Assembly: GCA_023140775.1 (NCBI GenBank)
Contig: JAGLLA010000009.1
Span: forward strand, 1 to 45,693
Length of the DNA stretch: 45,693 nt
From: Candidatus Parcubacteria bacterium
GTDB taxonomy: Bacteria; Patescibacteriota; Minisyncoccia; JAHIHE01; JAGLIN01
Direction: 5' to 3'
The translations under genes were made by a program, and so were the position numbers. The notes under the pieces are model-generated. The model saw nothing but the letters and a program-made list of their open reading frames with translations, ran no database searches and was not told the DNA's origin. Positions 38,171 to 45,693 of this stretch are shown piece by piece (position 1 is the stretch's first letter; each line of letters begins with the position of its first letter).

Positions 38171-38223
38171 AGGCAAGATTAATTATACTTATATTATATC
38201 ACAAAATTATAATTATGCTATTA

Positions 38224-38249
38224 AAATAAAAACCCAAGTTTGACTTGGG
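38224..38249 (-). terminator. Intrinsic terminator
   Basis: CCCAAGT-caa-ACTTGGG-TTTTTATTTT on the minus strand. Confidence 0.7.
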
Positions 38250-38278
38250 AGAAATGCTTAATAATGTTTTTCATATTA

Positions 38279-38362
38279 TCAAACACTAAATTTCCAACCT
38301 ACGAACAAAATTCCGTGGCTAATAATAATGCTAATAATACTTTGCTGATTGTTTGAGTTCAT
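38279..38362 (-). CDS. Possible 27 aa hydrophobic microprotein
   Basis: MNSNNQQSIISIIISHGILFVGWKFSV; no SD; lies just before the terminator. Confidence 0.3.
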   Translation of the reverse strand: MNSNNQQSIISIIISHGILFVGWKFSV

Positions 38363-38411
38363 ATTTAAATGTTGATTATTACGAATAAAAGGAGGAATAA
38401 ATTTATTAATG

Positions 38412-38492
38412 TTATTTTTTATGCTCTATCAGTTTAGGATGTTTTAATAAACATATTTTAAATAACCTTTCAGTCAATTCTTGAAATGTCAT
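38412..38492 (-). CDS. 26 aa microprotein
   Basis: AGGAGG 6 nt before ATG; MTFQELTERLFKICLLKHPKLIEHKK. Confidence 0.55.
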   Translation of the reverse strand: MTFQELTERLFKICLLKHPKLIEHKK

Positions 38493-38672
38493 TGTTGCCC
38501 TCCTCTTGTTGTTTATATTATTTTAATATAATTTGTGTATATAAATATTTTATATACACAAGCTATTTTAAAATAAACTTGTTTGAATAAATGGAGAAGG
38601 AGAAGCTATATTTTTTGCGTTGTTTCGCATTGAGCTTCTCACTTCAAGGAGAAAAATACTAAACCCATAAAA

Positions 38673-38795
38673 TCAACCTCTGCTACTATTATGACTTGCC
38701 TCAGAGTTAAGCACGCTCGACGCATTGATTACGTATTGCTCATCTGGATCTTTAAAATATGGTATTTTTCTAGCTCCTTCGATTTCACTACACAT
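38673..38795 (-). CDS. 40 aa microprotein
   Basis: AGAGGAG before ATG; MCSEIEGARKIPYFKDPDEQYVINASSVLNSEASHNSSRG. Confidence 0.5.
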   Translation of the reverse strand: MCSEIEGARKIPYFKDPDEQYVINASSVLNSEASHNSSRG

Positions 38796-38915
38796 AGTTT
38801 ATCTCCTCTGTCTCTTTTCGTGTCTAATTTAAGAGACAATTCATGTTTACAAATATTTATAAACACAAATCGTCCTTTAAACTATTTCATTATCAATGAT
38901 CGTGAAGCAGATAGT

Positions 38916-39104
38916 GTTGCAAGAAGAGTATGAGTGATTTATATTATCACTTTTCTATTATCGAATCATACTCTCTTACAACTAGCCGTGGCTGACGACT
39001 TTATAGGACAGTGTCTAGCTTTATGATCTTTGACGGGATTGATATTGTCTTGATTACAGAAAATAGTTGAATCAAGACAATATCGCCAAACACCTTGAGT
39101 CCTA
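38916..39104 (-). ncRNA. Candidate multi-stem structured RNA
   Basis: Nested helices TAGGAC/GTCCTA, GGTGTTTGGC/GCTAGACACT (3 G-U), perfect 15 bp GATATTGTCTTGATT stem, plus a second ~17 bp stem. Confidence 0.55.
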
Positions 39105-39186
39105 CTGAAAATCATTTATATAACTTTATATAATAAACTTTCGGTAAGACTAAAATATTTATAATCAATAATCAATTTTTTATAAC

Positions 39187-39398
39187 AAAAAACCCACTTT
39201 CGTAGGTTACTTTTAGTTTCGTTTGTTTTCTTTCTCTTTTAACTAAACCAAAAGCAACTTACTAATTAGTAGGTTTTTTTTCGCAATAATCACGGCACTA
39301 GTTGTCTGGAGTGAGGTATTTCCATTGGATTGTGAATTTGATGTTGTCATATGTTTTTTTAACTGGTTGCATTATAGCACGCATTGAAATGTTGTCAA
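39187..39398 (-). ncRNA. Unit A: promoter + structured RNA / 35 aa uORF (39243-39350) + terminator-like long hairpin
   Basis: TTGACA-N16-(TG)TATAAT; TCACAAT/ATTGCGA stem; ACCTACT..AGTGGGTTTTTT. Confidence 0.65.
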
Positions 39399-39590
39399 AT
39401 AATTAATTGTGGATAGATGACGGATACCAAATTAATTTATTATTTACTGTGAATTGTTGAATTAGAAGTGATGATTTTTAAATGTTAAGCATTCATTTAT
39501 GGCGACCATCACCGTAAATAATTTGCGTTAAGTTTTTTCTTGATAGTTAAATTTGTTTTTTGAAAAATTAGAGGGCATGGATAATTATCC

Positions 39591-39716
39591 TTAGACACAA
39601 ACTCCAGTGCGTTTTTGCTGCCCCCTAAATACGCGACGTTCTTCACCTTCACTTTCACTTTCATCCCTATCCTTACCTTTCTTTTTATTTCTTTTTTTCT
39701 CTTTCTCGCTTGGCAT
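39591..39716 (-). CDS. 41 aa charged microprotein (an overlapping 71 aa GTG frame is the alternative)
   Basis: AAGGGAG upstream; MPSEKEKKRNKKKGKDRDESESEGEERRVFRGQQKRTGVCV. Confidence 0.45.
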   Translation of the reverse strand: MPSEKEKKRNKKKGKDRDESESEGEERRVFRGQQKRTGVCV

Positions 39717-39822
39717 AATTTCACACACTCCCTTTTATTTTTGTTTCATTTGTTTATTGCATTTGAGCAATCAGTAATTTTTAAATTATTTTTAAAAACA
39801 ATTGATTGATAAAATGTCGTCT

Positions 39823-40034
39823 AAAAAACCTACCGCCTTAGTGATTTGCTTTTAATCTGGTTTGTTTCCTAAACAAAATTAAAAGTAAATTACTTAGCTA
39901 GTAGGTCTAGTTTCACAATCACAAAAGATCCAGCTGTCTGGGATTTAATTGCTTGTGTCGATTGTGGATTTAATTTATTCATATGAATTTTCAAATTATA
40001 TCTAGATAATAGCATCATTCAAAGTTACTGTCAA
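39823..40034 (-). ncRNA. Unit B: homologue of unit A with 30 aa uORF (39890-39982)
   Basis: TTGACA-N17-(TG)TATTAT; CACAATC/GATTGTG stem; ACCTACT..GGTAGGTTTTTT. Confidence 0.65.
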
Positions 40035-40101
40035 TGTTCCTAGAAATGTCAATTTCGCGCTTTTAAGCTAGCTTCTCGTGATAAGAAATGGTTGGGATAA
40101 T

Positions 40102-40128
40102 AAAAAGCTCCACTTGGACTAGTGGAGC
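40102..40128 (-). terminator. Intrinsic terminator of the signalling operon
   Basis: AGCTCCACT-agtcca-AGTGGAGCT-TTT. Confidence 0.8.
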
Positions 40129-40165
40129 TCTAAGCGATAAGAATTAACGTGTTGGAAGTGAGAAC

Positions 40166-41023
40166 TTATTTTTTCTTTTTTTTCTTTTCAACAATCTCTC
40201 TCACTTTTTCAATAATTTCTCCAACGGTGAAATGAGCTTTAATTATATAATCTTCTGCTCCTAGGGCAAATCCTTTTTCAATTTCGCTTGTTTGACCTAG
40301 GTTAGTAAGCATTATGACAGGAATTGATGCCTTTTCTGGAATTTCTTTGATTTTTTTCAACACTTCAAATCCATCCATTTTAGGCATAATAATGTCAAGT
40401 AATATTATTTCAGGGTCTTCTTCTTTGATCTTGGCAAGCGCTTCAACACCATCACAGGCCGAGCTAACATCAAATCCTTCTTTTTTAAATTTAGTTTCAC
40501 ATATGTCTCTTAAAAAATCATCATCTTCTGCAAGAATAACTTTCAGTCCACCCTTTTTATTCTCGTCAACTGAAATTTCTTCTTCCTCCTCTTCAATTTC
40601 CGTCTTGTCATTCTTTTCAATTACAGGCTCCCTTTTAGCTATTTTCTGAGTATTGTTGAAAAAATTAGAAACTTTTTCTAAAACTTCTGTGGGATCAAAA
40701 TCTGCTTTAATTAAATAATCAACTATATCAAATTTTTTGATCCTTTCAATTTCTACTGGTTCTCCCGAATTGGAGATAATGATCACCGGAATAGATGAAA
40801 ACTTATCATTCGCTCTCAGGTCATGCAGAACCTCAAATCCGTCTTTTATCGGCATTACTATGTCTAGTAAGATTAAATCCGGCATAAAACCGTCTTTTAT
40901 AAGATTTATTCCTTCTTCACCGTTATTGGCAACTAAAATTTCGTATCCGTTTGCTTCTAATTTCTTTTTCAAGAGACTCTGAAGAATTTCCTCGTCCTCC
41001 ATAATTATAATTTTTTTTGTCAT
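40166..41023 (-). CDS. Tandem receiver-receiver response regulator, no output domain
   Basis: Two REC domains (MEDE..LLDIVMP..ISN..LIKAD; AEDD..LLDIIMP..LTN..IIKAH) joined by an acidic linker. Confidence 0.93.
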   Translation of the reverse strand: MTKKIIIMEDEEILQSLLKKKLEANGYEILVANNGEEGINLIKDGFMPDLILLDIVMPIKDGFEVLHDLRANDKFSSIPVIIISNSGEPVEIERIKKFDIVDYLIKADFDPTEVLEKVSNFFNNTQKIAKREPVIEKNDKTEIEEEEEEISVDENKKGGLKVILAEDDDFLRDICETKFKKEGFDVSSACDGVEALAKIKEEDPEIILLDIIMPKMDGFEVLKKIKEIPEKASIPVIMLTNLGQTSEIEKGFALGAEDYIIKAHFTVGEIIEKVREIVEKKKKKK

Positions 41024-41058
41024 AATCAAAAGTTAGTATTTTATGGTTTAATTATTAT

Positions 41059-41430
41059 TTAAAATTGCTTTTCAATTTTTGCGAGAACTTCGTCTGGATC
41101 AAAATCAGTTTTGATGAGATAATCTTTTATTCCCATGTTCATAGCTCGTTCAATTTCAACGGGCTGTCCAGAATTTGATATAATTATTACAGGAATTTTG
41201 TCTAAACTTAAATCACTTGTTTGATTCATTTTTTCCATGACCTCAAACCCATCAAGTACCGGCATAATAATATCAAGTAGTATTAGATCTGGCTTTTCTT
41301 TTTCGATCAAACGAAATCCATCCTCACCATTTGTGGCCGTACAAACATCGTATCCTTTGCTCATTAATTTCTTTTTGATCAAACTTAATAGAATTTCTTC
41401 ATCTTCGATAACAAGTATTCTTTTTTTCAT
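41059..41430 (-). CDS. Single-domain response regulator
   Basis: IEDE..PDLILLDIIMP..IISN..YLIKTDF. Confidence 0.95.
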   Translation of the reverse strand: MKKRILVIEDEEILLSLIKKKLMSKGYDVCTATNGEDGFRLIEKEKPDLILLDIIMPVLDGFEVMEKMNQTSDLSLDKIPVIIISNSGQPVEIERAMNMGIKDYLIKTDFDPDEVLAKIEKQF

Positions 41431-41540
41431 ATTTTTTGCTAAAAAATTTATTTCCTATGAAAAATATCTAATTTGCTTTATTTTAAATTAATTATAACAT
41501 ATATTCTTGTTTTCGAATACTTTTTACAATTAAAATTGGT

Positions 41541-42971
41541 TTATACTACTTTTACTTTGGTTGTCGGTAATTTGAAATAAAAAGATGTATCTTTCCCTTC
41601 TTGTGAAGTGAACCATATCGTGCCATTGTGAGATTCTATTATATTTTTATTGATGAATAAACCAAGTCCAGATCCCACAGTCTCAGTTTTAACCGCATTT
41701 GCAGCTCTGAAAAATTTATTGAACATTCTTTCCTGTGCTTCTTTTGGTATGCCAATTCCTTGATTGGTAACCCTGAATTCAAGCTCCTTTTTTTTCTTGT
41801 CGTGACTTAAATTCACATTTATATCAGTTTTTGGAAAACAGTAGTTCAATGCATTCTCAATCAAATTTTGAATAACTAATTTAATTTTTTCTTTGTCGAT
41901 TTGAACCTTGGGCAGGGACGCGTCTTCCTTGAAGATAATTCTGACCTCTTTCTTTTTACATCTTAGGCTTTCTTCTTCTATGACTGCATTAACCAAATCT
42001 TCAATTTGCGTTGGCTCTAATTTTGAAATATATCTACCCTCTTCGATTCTGGAAAGGTTTAAGAGATCGTTCACCAATTCGATCATTCTTTCATTTGAGA
42101 CATTGGCTTTTTTGAGATAGGTCAATTGTTTTTCTTCTAAATCGCCAAAATCGCCGTCAATTAGTGCTGTGAGAGTCCATTTGATCGCTGACAGGGGGGT
42201 TCGCAGTTGATGCGCGGCTATTGAAACGAATTCTGTTTTAAGCGCTTGTACCTTTTTTTCTCGGGAGATGTCATGTAAAATAATGAATTTACCAATTTGC
42301 TTGTCATTGATCAAGATTGGAGAAACTGACACTTCAATAAATTCATCCTTGTCACCTATTTTCAACTCCTCTCTGAAGACATTTTTAATTTCCGATCCAA
42401 CGATATCTAAAACTGACTTAAAAGATTTGATCTTAATTAAATCGCTAACATTCTTTTTTCGGTAAGTACTCTCTTCTATTTTGCCTAAATTCAAAAATTT
42501 TATCGCCATCTCGTTAACCGCAGTTAAAACATTTTTATTGTTAAAAATCAGAATACCGTCAGACATATTTTTAATAATGGCAATAGTTTTTTCTTTTTCT
42601 GCCTGAGAAATATTTTTTTCAATTCGATAATCATCAAGAATATTCAGAAGAGCTTTTTGTGAATCTTCTAATTTTCTCGTTCTCACTCTGACTTCCTGAT
42701 CTAAGCCATCGATCATTTCTCTTAGCTGTCTGGTCTTTGCGTTTAATCTGATCTCTAAGATATCTTTTGTGTCTTCAAGTTTTCCGTTGCTTTTTTCAAG
42801 TTGATTTATTTTTTCATCAAGAGCTTCATTGATTTTTCTCAATTCTAGGTCACGCTTAAATAAGAGCTTAGAAATTTTTTCTGTCTCTGCTCTGTGTTTT
42901 TTTTCAATATCTGCCAATTGTTTTTTGGAAAATATTTTCTCATTTATTTGATCTTTTTTATGCGTTGGCAT
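41541..42971 (-). CDS. Soluble coiled-coil/PAS histidine kinase (HisKA + HATPase)
   Basis: H-box AAHQLRTPL, N-box QNLIENALNY, G1 NQGIGI, F-box FNKFFR, G2 GSGLGL; no TM segment. Confidence 0.95.
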   Translation of the reverse strand: MPTHKKDQINEKIFSKKQLADIEKKHRAETEKISKLLFKRDLELRKINEALDEKINQLEKSNGKLEDTKDILEIRLNAKTRQLREMIDGLDQEVRVRTRKLEDSQKALLNILDDYRIEKNISQAEKEKTIAIIKNMSDGILIFNNKNVLTAVNEMAIKFLNLGKIEESTYRKKNVSDLIKIKSFKSVLDIVGSEIKNVFREELKIGDKDEFIEVSVSPILINDKQIGKFIILHDISREKKVQALKTEFVSIAAHQLRTPLSAIKWTLTALIDGDFGDLEEKQLTYLKKANVSNERMIELVNDLLNLSRIEEGRYISKLEPTQIEDLVNAVIEEESLRCKKKEVRIIFKEDASLPKVQIDKEKIKLVIQNLIENALNYCFPKTDINVNLSHDKKKKELEFRVTNQGIGIPKEAQERMFNKFFRAANAVKTETVGSGLGLFINKNIIESHNGTIWFTSQEGKDTSFYFKLPTTKVKVV

Positions 42972-43143
42972 TCCATTTAAATAAAAACATAGATCTGTCG
43001 CGTCGAGTAACAAATTCTAATCTAAATTAGTAATTCTTAAAATATATTCTAACAATAAATACGATTTACCTTAAAATTCATTTGAAGTTTTGCTAATTAG
43101 TGTTCTCGCTGTGAGGTTGTGCTCATAATCAAAACAGGTTAAC

Positions 43144-43188
43144 GAAGCAATCTTTTTCAAAAATCGATATCGATCGCAAGATTGCTTC
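43144..43188. repeat. Decayed REP-like inverted repeat
   Basis: GAAGCAATCTT..AAGATTGCTTC. Confidence 0.55.
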
Positions 43189-43252
43189 ATCTCCCTACCA
43201 TGCATCTCAGAAAAGTGAGATGTTCGTGTTTGAGAACTGAAAAAAATTATGT

Positions 43253-44434
43253 TTACTCTCCAATAACCGTAATAACTGCTGTTTCGTTGTGAAATCTACA
43301 AATTATATCATTTTTACCGTTAATTGGGGCTATCTCTCCGTAGGTATAAAAACCAATCACTGGAATATCTTTCCCTAGCACTTCTTTAATGGCATCAATT
43401 TCATCTTTGGCATGTCTGCTAAATAATTTTTGTCTGGCAATGCAATTAAAAACAATTACTCCTGCAGGTTTTTTACCATTCAGATTTTCAAGCGCGTTTT
43501 TTGCTGCCTCTTTTGCCGCAGCGATGGCCTCATCTTTACTGCCGATCATTAGTCTTACTTCAGACCCTTCTGGAACTTCAGCCGCACAAGTAATCGCTCC
43601 ATTATCGTCAGCGCTTATCGGAGCTCTGAGTAACAATTCGTCATTGTCAGCAGTTGTCATTCCTAGCGGATATGTTAAGGCCATCTTTGCCAGAGCTTCA
43701 TTTTTCAAACTCTTAGCTTCTTCTTCTCCGAAATAGTCTTCGTAGATCGAAAGAGCCGGCTTACCATCAATTTCTTCAATAATTGCCCCTTGAGACTTGG
43801 TGACTTTCATTGGATTTCCAATTGGAACCCAACCGTGACGCACTCCAACCGTCATAATGTTGTCACCATAAAACCCAGCTCCAACTATAGAAGATGGTAG
43901 AACCTTGTCGTTGAGATACACAAAAGTTTCTTTGAAAGAAAAATCGTCTCCTGCTGCTCCGCCTACAATGAGAGTATCTTTGCCTAAAACTGAATTTACA
44001 CCACGAACAGCGTCTGCTCCATTGCCAGTCAGAACATCGATTAACATAATGACAGAGTCTATCGAAGCTCCTTCGGTTTGCTCGACTAATTTATTCGCCA
44101 TTTTGATGCCAGCTTCTTTTGGATTAGGCTTTATGCTTTCTCCTTCGGCAACTACACAATTCATCGAATCGCTTTCAATGGCCATAATGGCGACACTTTT
44201 GCTAAGAGGTCCTGATCCAATGATCTCACCAGAAGAACTGCATCCAATGAGGGGAATGTCACCACTAACTTCCCTAATGGCAGAAAGCATTTCTTGCTGG
44301 TCATATCCAGACGAAGAAAAGACGATTAGGAGTTTTGGATTTTTAAGTCCTTCGATTGCCTGCAAGCAGGCGTCTTTGCCAGCTTGACTTGGATCAAGAT
44401 TACTGCTTGAACCAACCTTTGTTTTTGTTGTCAT
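43253..44434 (-). CDS. Stand-alone FIST (FIST_N + FIST_C; NosP-like) sensory protein
   Basis: LIGCSSSGEI, IVGGAAGD, HGWVPIG, EIDGKPA..Y, FNCIAR, GFYTYGEI, FHNET. Confidence 0.93.
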   Translation of the reverse strand: MTTKTKVGSSSNLDPSQAGKDACLQAIEGLKNPKLLIVFSSSGYDQQEMLSAIREVSGDIPLIGCSSSGEIIGSGPLSKSVAIMAIESDSMNCVVAEGESIKPNPKEAGIKMANKLVEQTEGASIDSVIMLIDVLTGNGADAVRGVNSVLGKDTLIVGGAAGDDFSFKETFVYLNDKVLPSSIVGAGFYGDNIMTVGVRHGWVPIGNPMKVTKSQGAIIEEIDGKPALSIYEDYFGEEEAKSLKNEALAKMALTYPLGMTTADNDELLLRAPISADDNGAITCAAEVPEGSEVRLMIGSKDEAIAAAKEAAKNALENLNGKKPAGVIVFNCIARQKLFSRHAKDEIDAIKEVLGKDIPVIGFYTYGEIAPINGKNDIICRFHNETAVITVIGE

Positions 44435-44490
44435 GTGTTTTCTTAATTAATAAAATAAATTCTTTTTTTTATTGTATTTTATTCTAATAT

Positions 44491-45693
44491 TTATAATTCA
44501 ATATTATCATCAGTAGCATTACCGTTTTCACCTAAATTCTTTTTTTGATTATCATCAATATAAGACGCATTATTTTTCTTCAAATCTTTGATCTGTTCTT
44601 TGAGTTTAATCATGACTAGTTCCCTACCTACTGCCAATTCATTGAATTTTTCAAGCTCCTTAATTTTTTCCTTGATTTCCTTGGTCCTTTTTTCTACTTT
44701 ATTTTCAAGATCTGCTGCCAAAATCTCTAATTTTTTTGTTCTGGCCTTTACTTTGATCTCAAGGACATCTCTCACTTCTTCCAGATTATCAAGCATTGTA
44801 TTGATGATTTTGGCTGTTTTTCCTATTTCATTATTTGAATGAATTAAAATCCTTTTTTTATAATCACCCCTAGCTATTTCTATAGCATCATCAGTCAGCC
44901 TTTTTATCGGCTCAGAAATAGTATTTGATAATAAATATCCGATGCTGATTACCAGAAGCATAAAACTTAACATAAAAGCTAAAGCTAGAAAATTTAAGTT
45001 ATCTTCGATGTCTTTTTGCCTCTCTGTTTGAATGGTGTTTATTTGTGCCTGAATTGATGATATATCGTCTTCGATCTTCTCAAGCTTTTTAATTTTCTCA
45101 AACTCATTTATCTTATTGTATTCATTGTGAATAAGACGATTAGACAGATCATGGATATACGACTCATAAAGACTCATTTCATTGATAAGTACTTTATTAT
45201 CTTCAGCAATAAAATCTTCTAGTAAATTATGTACGACAGCGTCCCATTCTTGCAAGTGCTTTTCATCTTTGTACTGAAATAGAGCTTCCTTGCTGTAATA
45301 CATCATCAAGGCATATTTTTCTCGTGTTTGAAGATCTTCTGAATTATTGATGAATTCTTTAATGGCATATCTCTTTTTTTTCTCCTGTGAAAGAATATCA
45401 TTCAATTCTTTGTTGTCTATGATATTCTGATCGTGCAGCTTGATCGTCTCGGAACTGATTTTCAGAAATTCAATACTTTTCTTTTTAACCAAAGAGATTA
45501 TCTCTGAATTATTTTTGGTCATTGATTCATACAACGAAATCGCCTCAATTATTTTTCTATTTTCACTTTCAAAATCTATGTCTGGAGAAGAATTAAGATC
45601 GTTTGAAAATAAATATGTTCTTACTTCTAGGTCAATCTCTTTTTGATTGATGATAATTTGGTGAATAATATGAGAAGCATGATTTAGGGCTGA
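44491..45693 (-). CDS. Membrane sensor with TM-HAMP-coiled coil and no catalytic domain; 5' end outside window
   Basis: Frame is open to the window edge; TM then ISEPIKRL..IARGDY..NEIG (HAMP), two RT-type signalling helices, FNELAVGRELVMIKLK tail. Confidence 0.88.
   Translation of the reverse strand, partial: SALNHASHIIHQIIINQKEIDLEVRTYLFSNDLNSSPDIDFESENRKIIEAISLYESMTKNNSEIISLVKKKSIEFLKISSETIKLHDQNIIDNKELNDILSQEKKKRYAIKEFINNSEDLQTREKYALMMYYSKEALFQYKDEKHLQEWDAVVHNLLEDFIAEDNKVLINEMSLYESYIHDLSNRLIHNEYNKINEFEKIKKLEKIEDDISSIQAQINTIQTERQKDIEDNLNFLALAFMLSFMLLVISIGYLLSNTISEPIKRLTDDAIEIARGDYKKRILIHSNNEIGKTAKIINTMLDNLEEVRDVLEIKVKARTKKLEILAADLENKVEKRTKEIKEKIKELEKFNELAVGRELVMIKLKEQIKDLKKNNASYIDDNQKKNLGENGNATDDNIEL

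Noticed and set aside
38691..38933. 80 aa plus-strand ORF
   Set aside because: No SD; it overlaps an SD-supported minus-strand ORF and hairpins, and local signals point to minus-strand transcription.
38985..39000. ZTP riboswitch-like GCCGTGGCTGACG
   Set aside because: The required downstream GCC..CGYCTGGGC element is absent, and G-U pairs favour the opposite strand.
1..45693. Alternative genetic code (UGA recoding) or prophage
   Set aside because: Conserved genes are full length under code 11 with TGA acting as stop; no phage structural or replication genes are seen.

Overview
AT-rich, standard-code bacterial chromosome segment. Gene content suggests Patescibacteria/CPR, probably Parcubacteria: DUF4012, a tandem VirB2/TrbC-like pilin array, rpsO-NYN-pnp synteny, expanded TrmB-like regulators and receiver-only response regulators. 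This taxonomic call is an inference. From left to right the window holds GT4 glycosyltransferases, DUF4012, iscU, four pilin-like genes, a convergent surface-glycosylation cluster (flippase-like protein, 2 methyltransferases, GT4, GT2, 2 GT-C), tRNA-Leu, a Xer-type recombinase, rpsO, NYN, pnp, a membrane-anchored amidohydrolase and secreted proteins. It continues with tRNA-Ser flanked by partial self-copies, three TrmB-like paralogues with divergent orphan genes, CYTH, murJ, tRNA-Arg, cca, rubrerythrin-like, nth, an Ala-identity tRNA-like gene with a UGU anticodon and spoIIM-like. It ends with a ~2 kb region of microproteins and structured RNAs, then a signalling operon (HAMP sensor without kinase, FIST, soluble PAS kinase, REC, REC-REC). 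Most notable: (1) two homologous promoter/structured-RNA/terminator units at 39.2-40.0 kb; (2) the G3:U70 tRNA with a Thr anticodon; (3) an apparently split, coiled-coil-coupled two-component system with no DNA-binding output; (4) tiny GC-rich hairpin insertions inside duplicated tRNA fragments. All calls were made by eye, without database searches.
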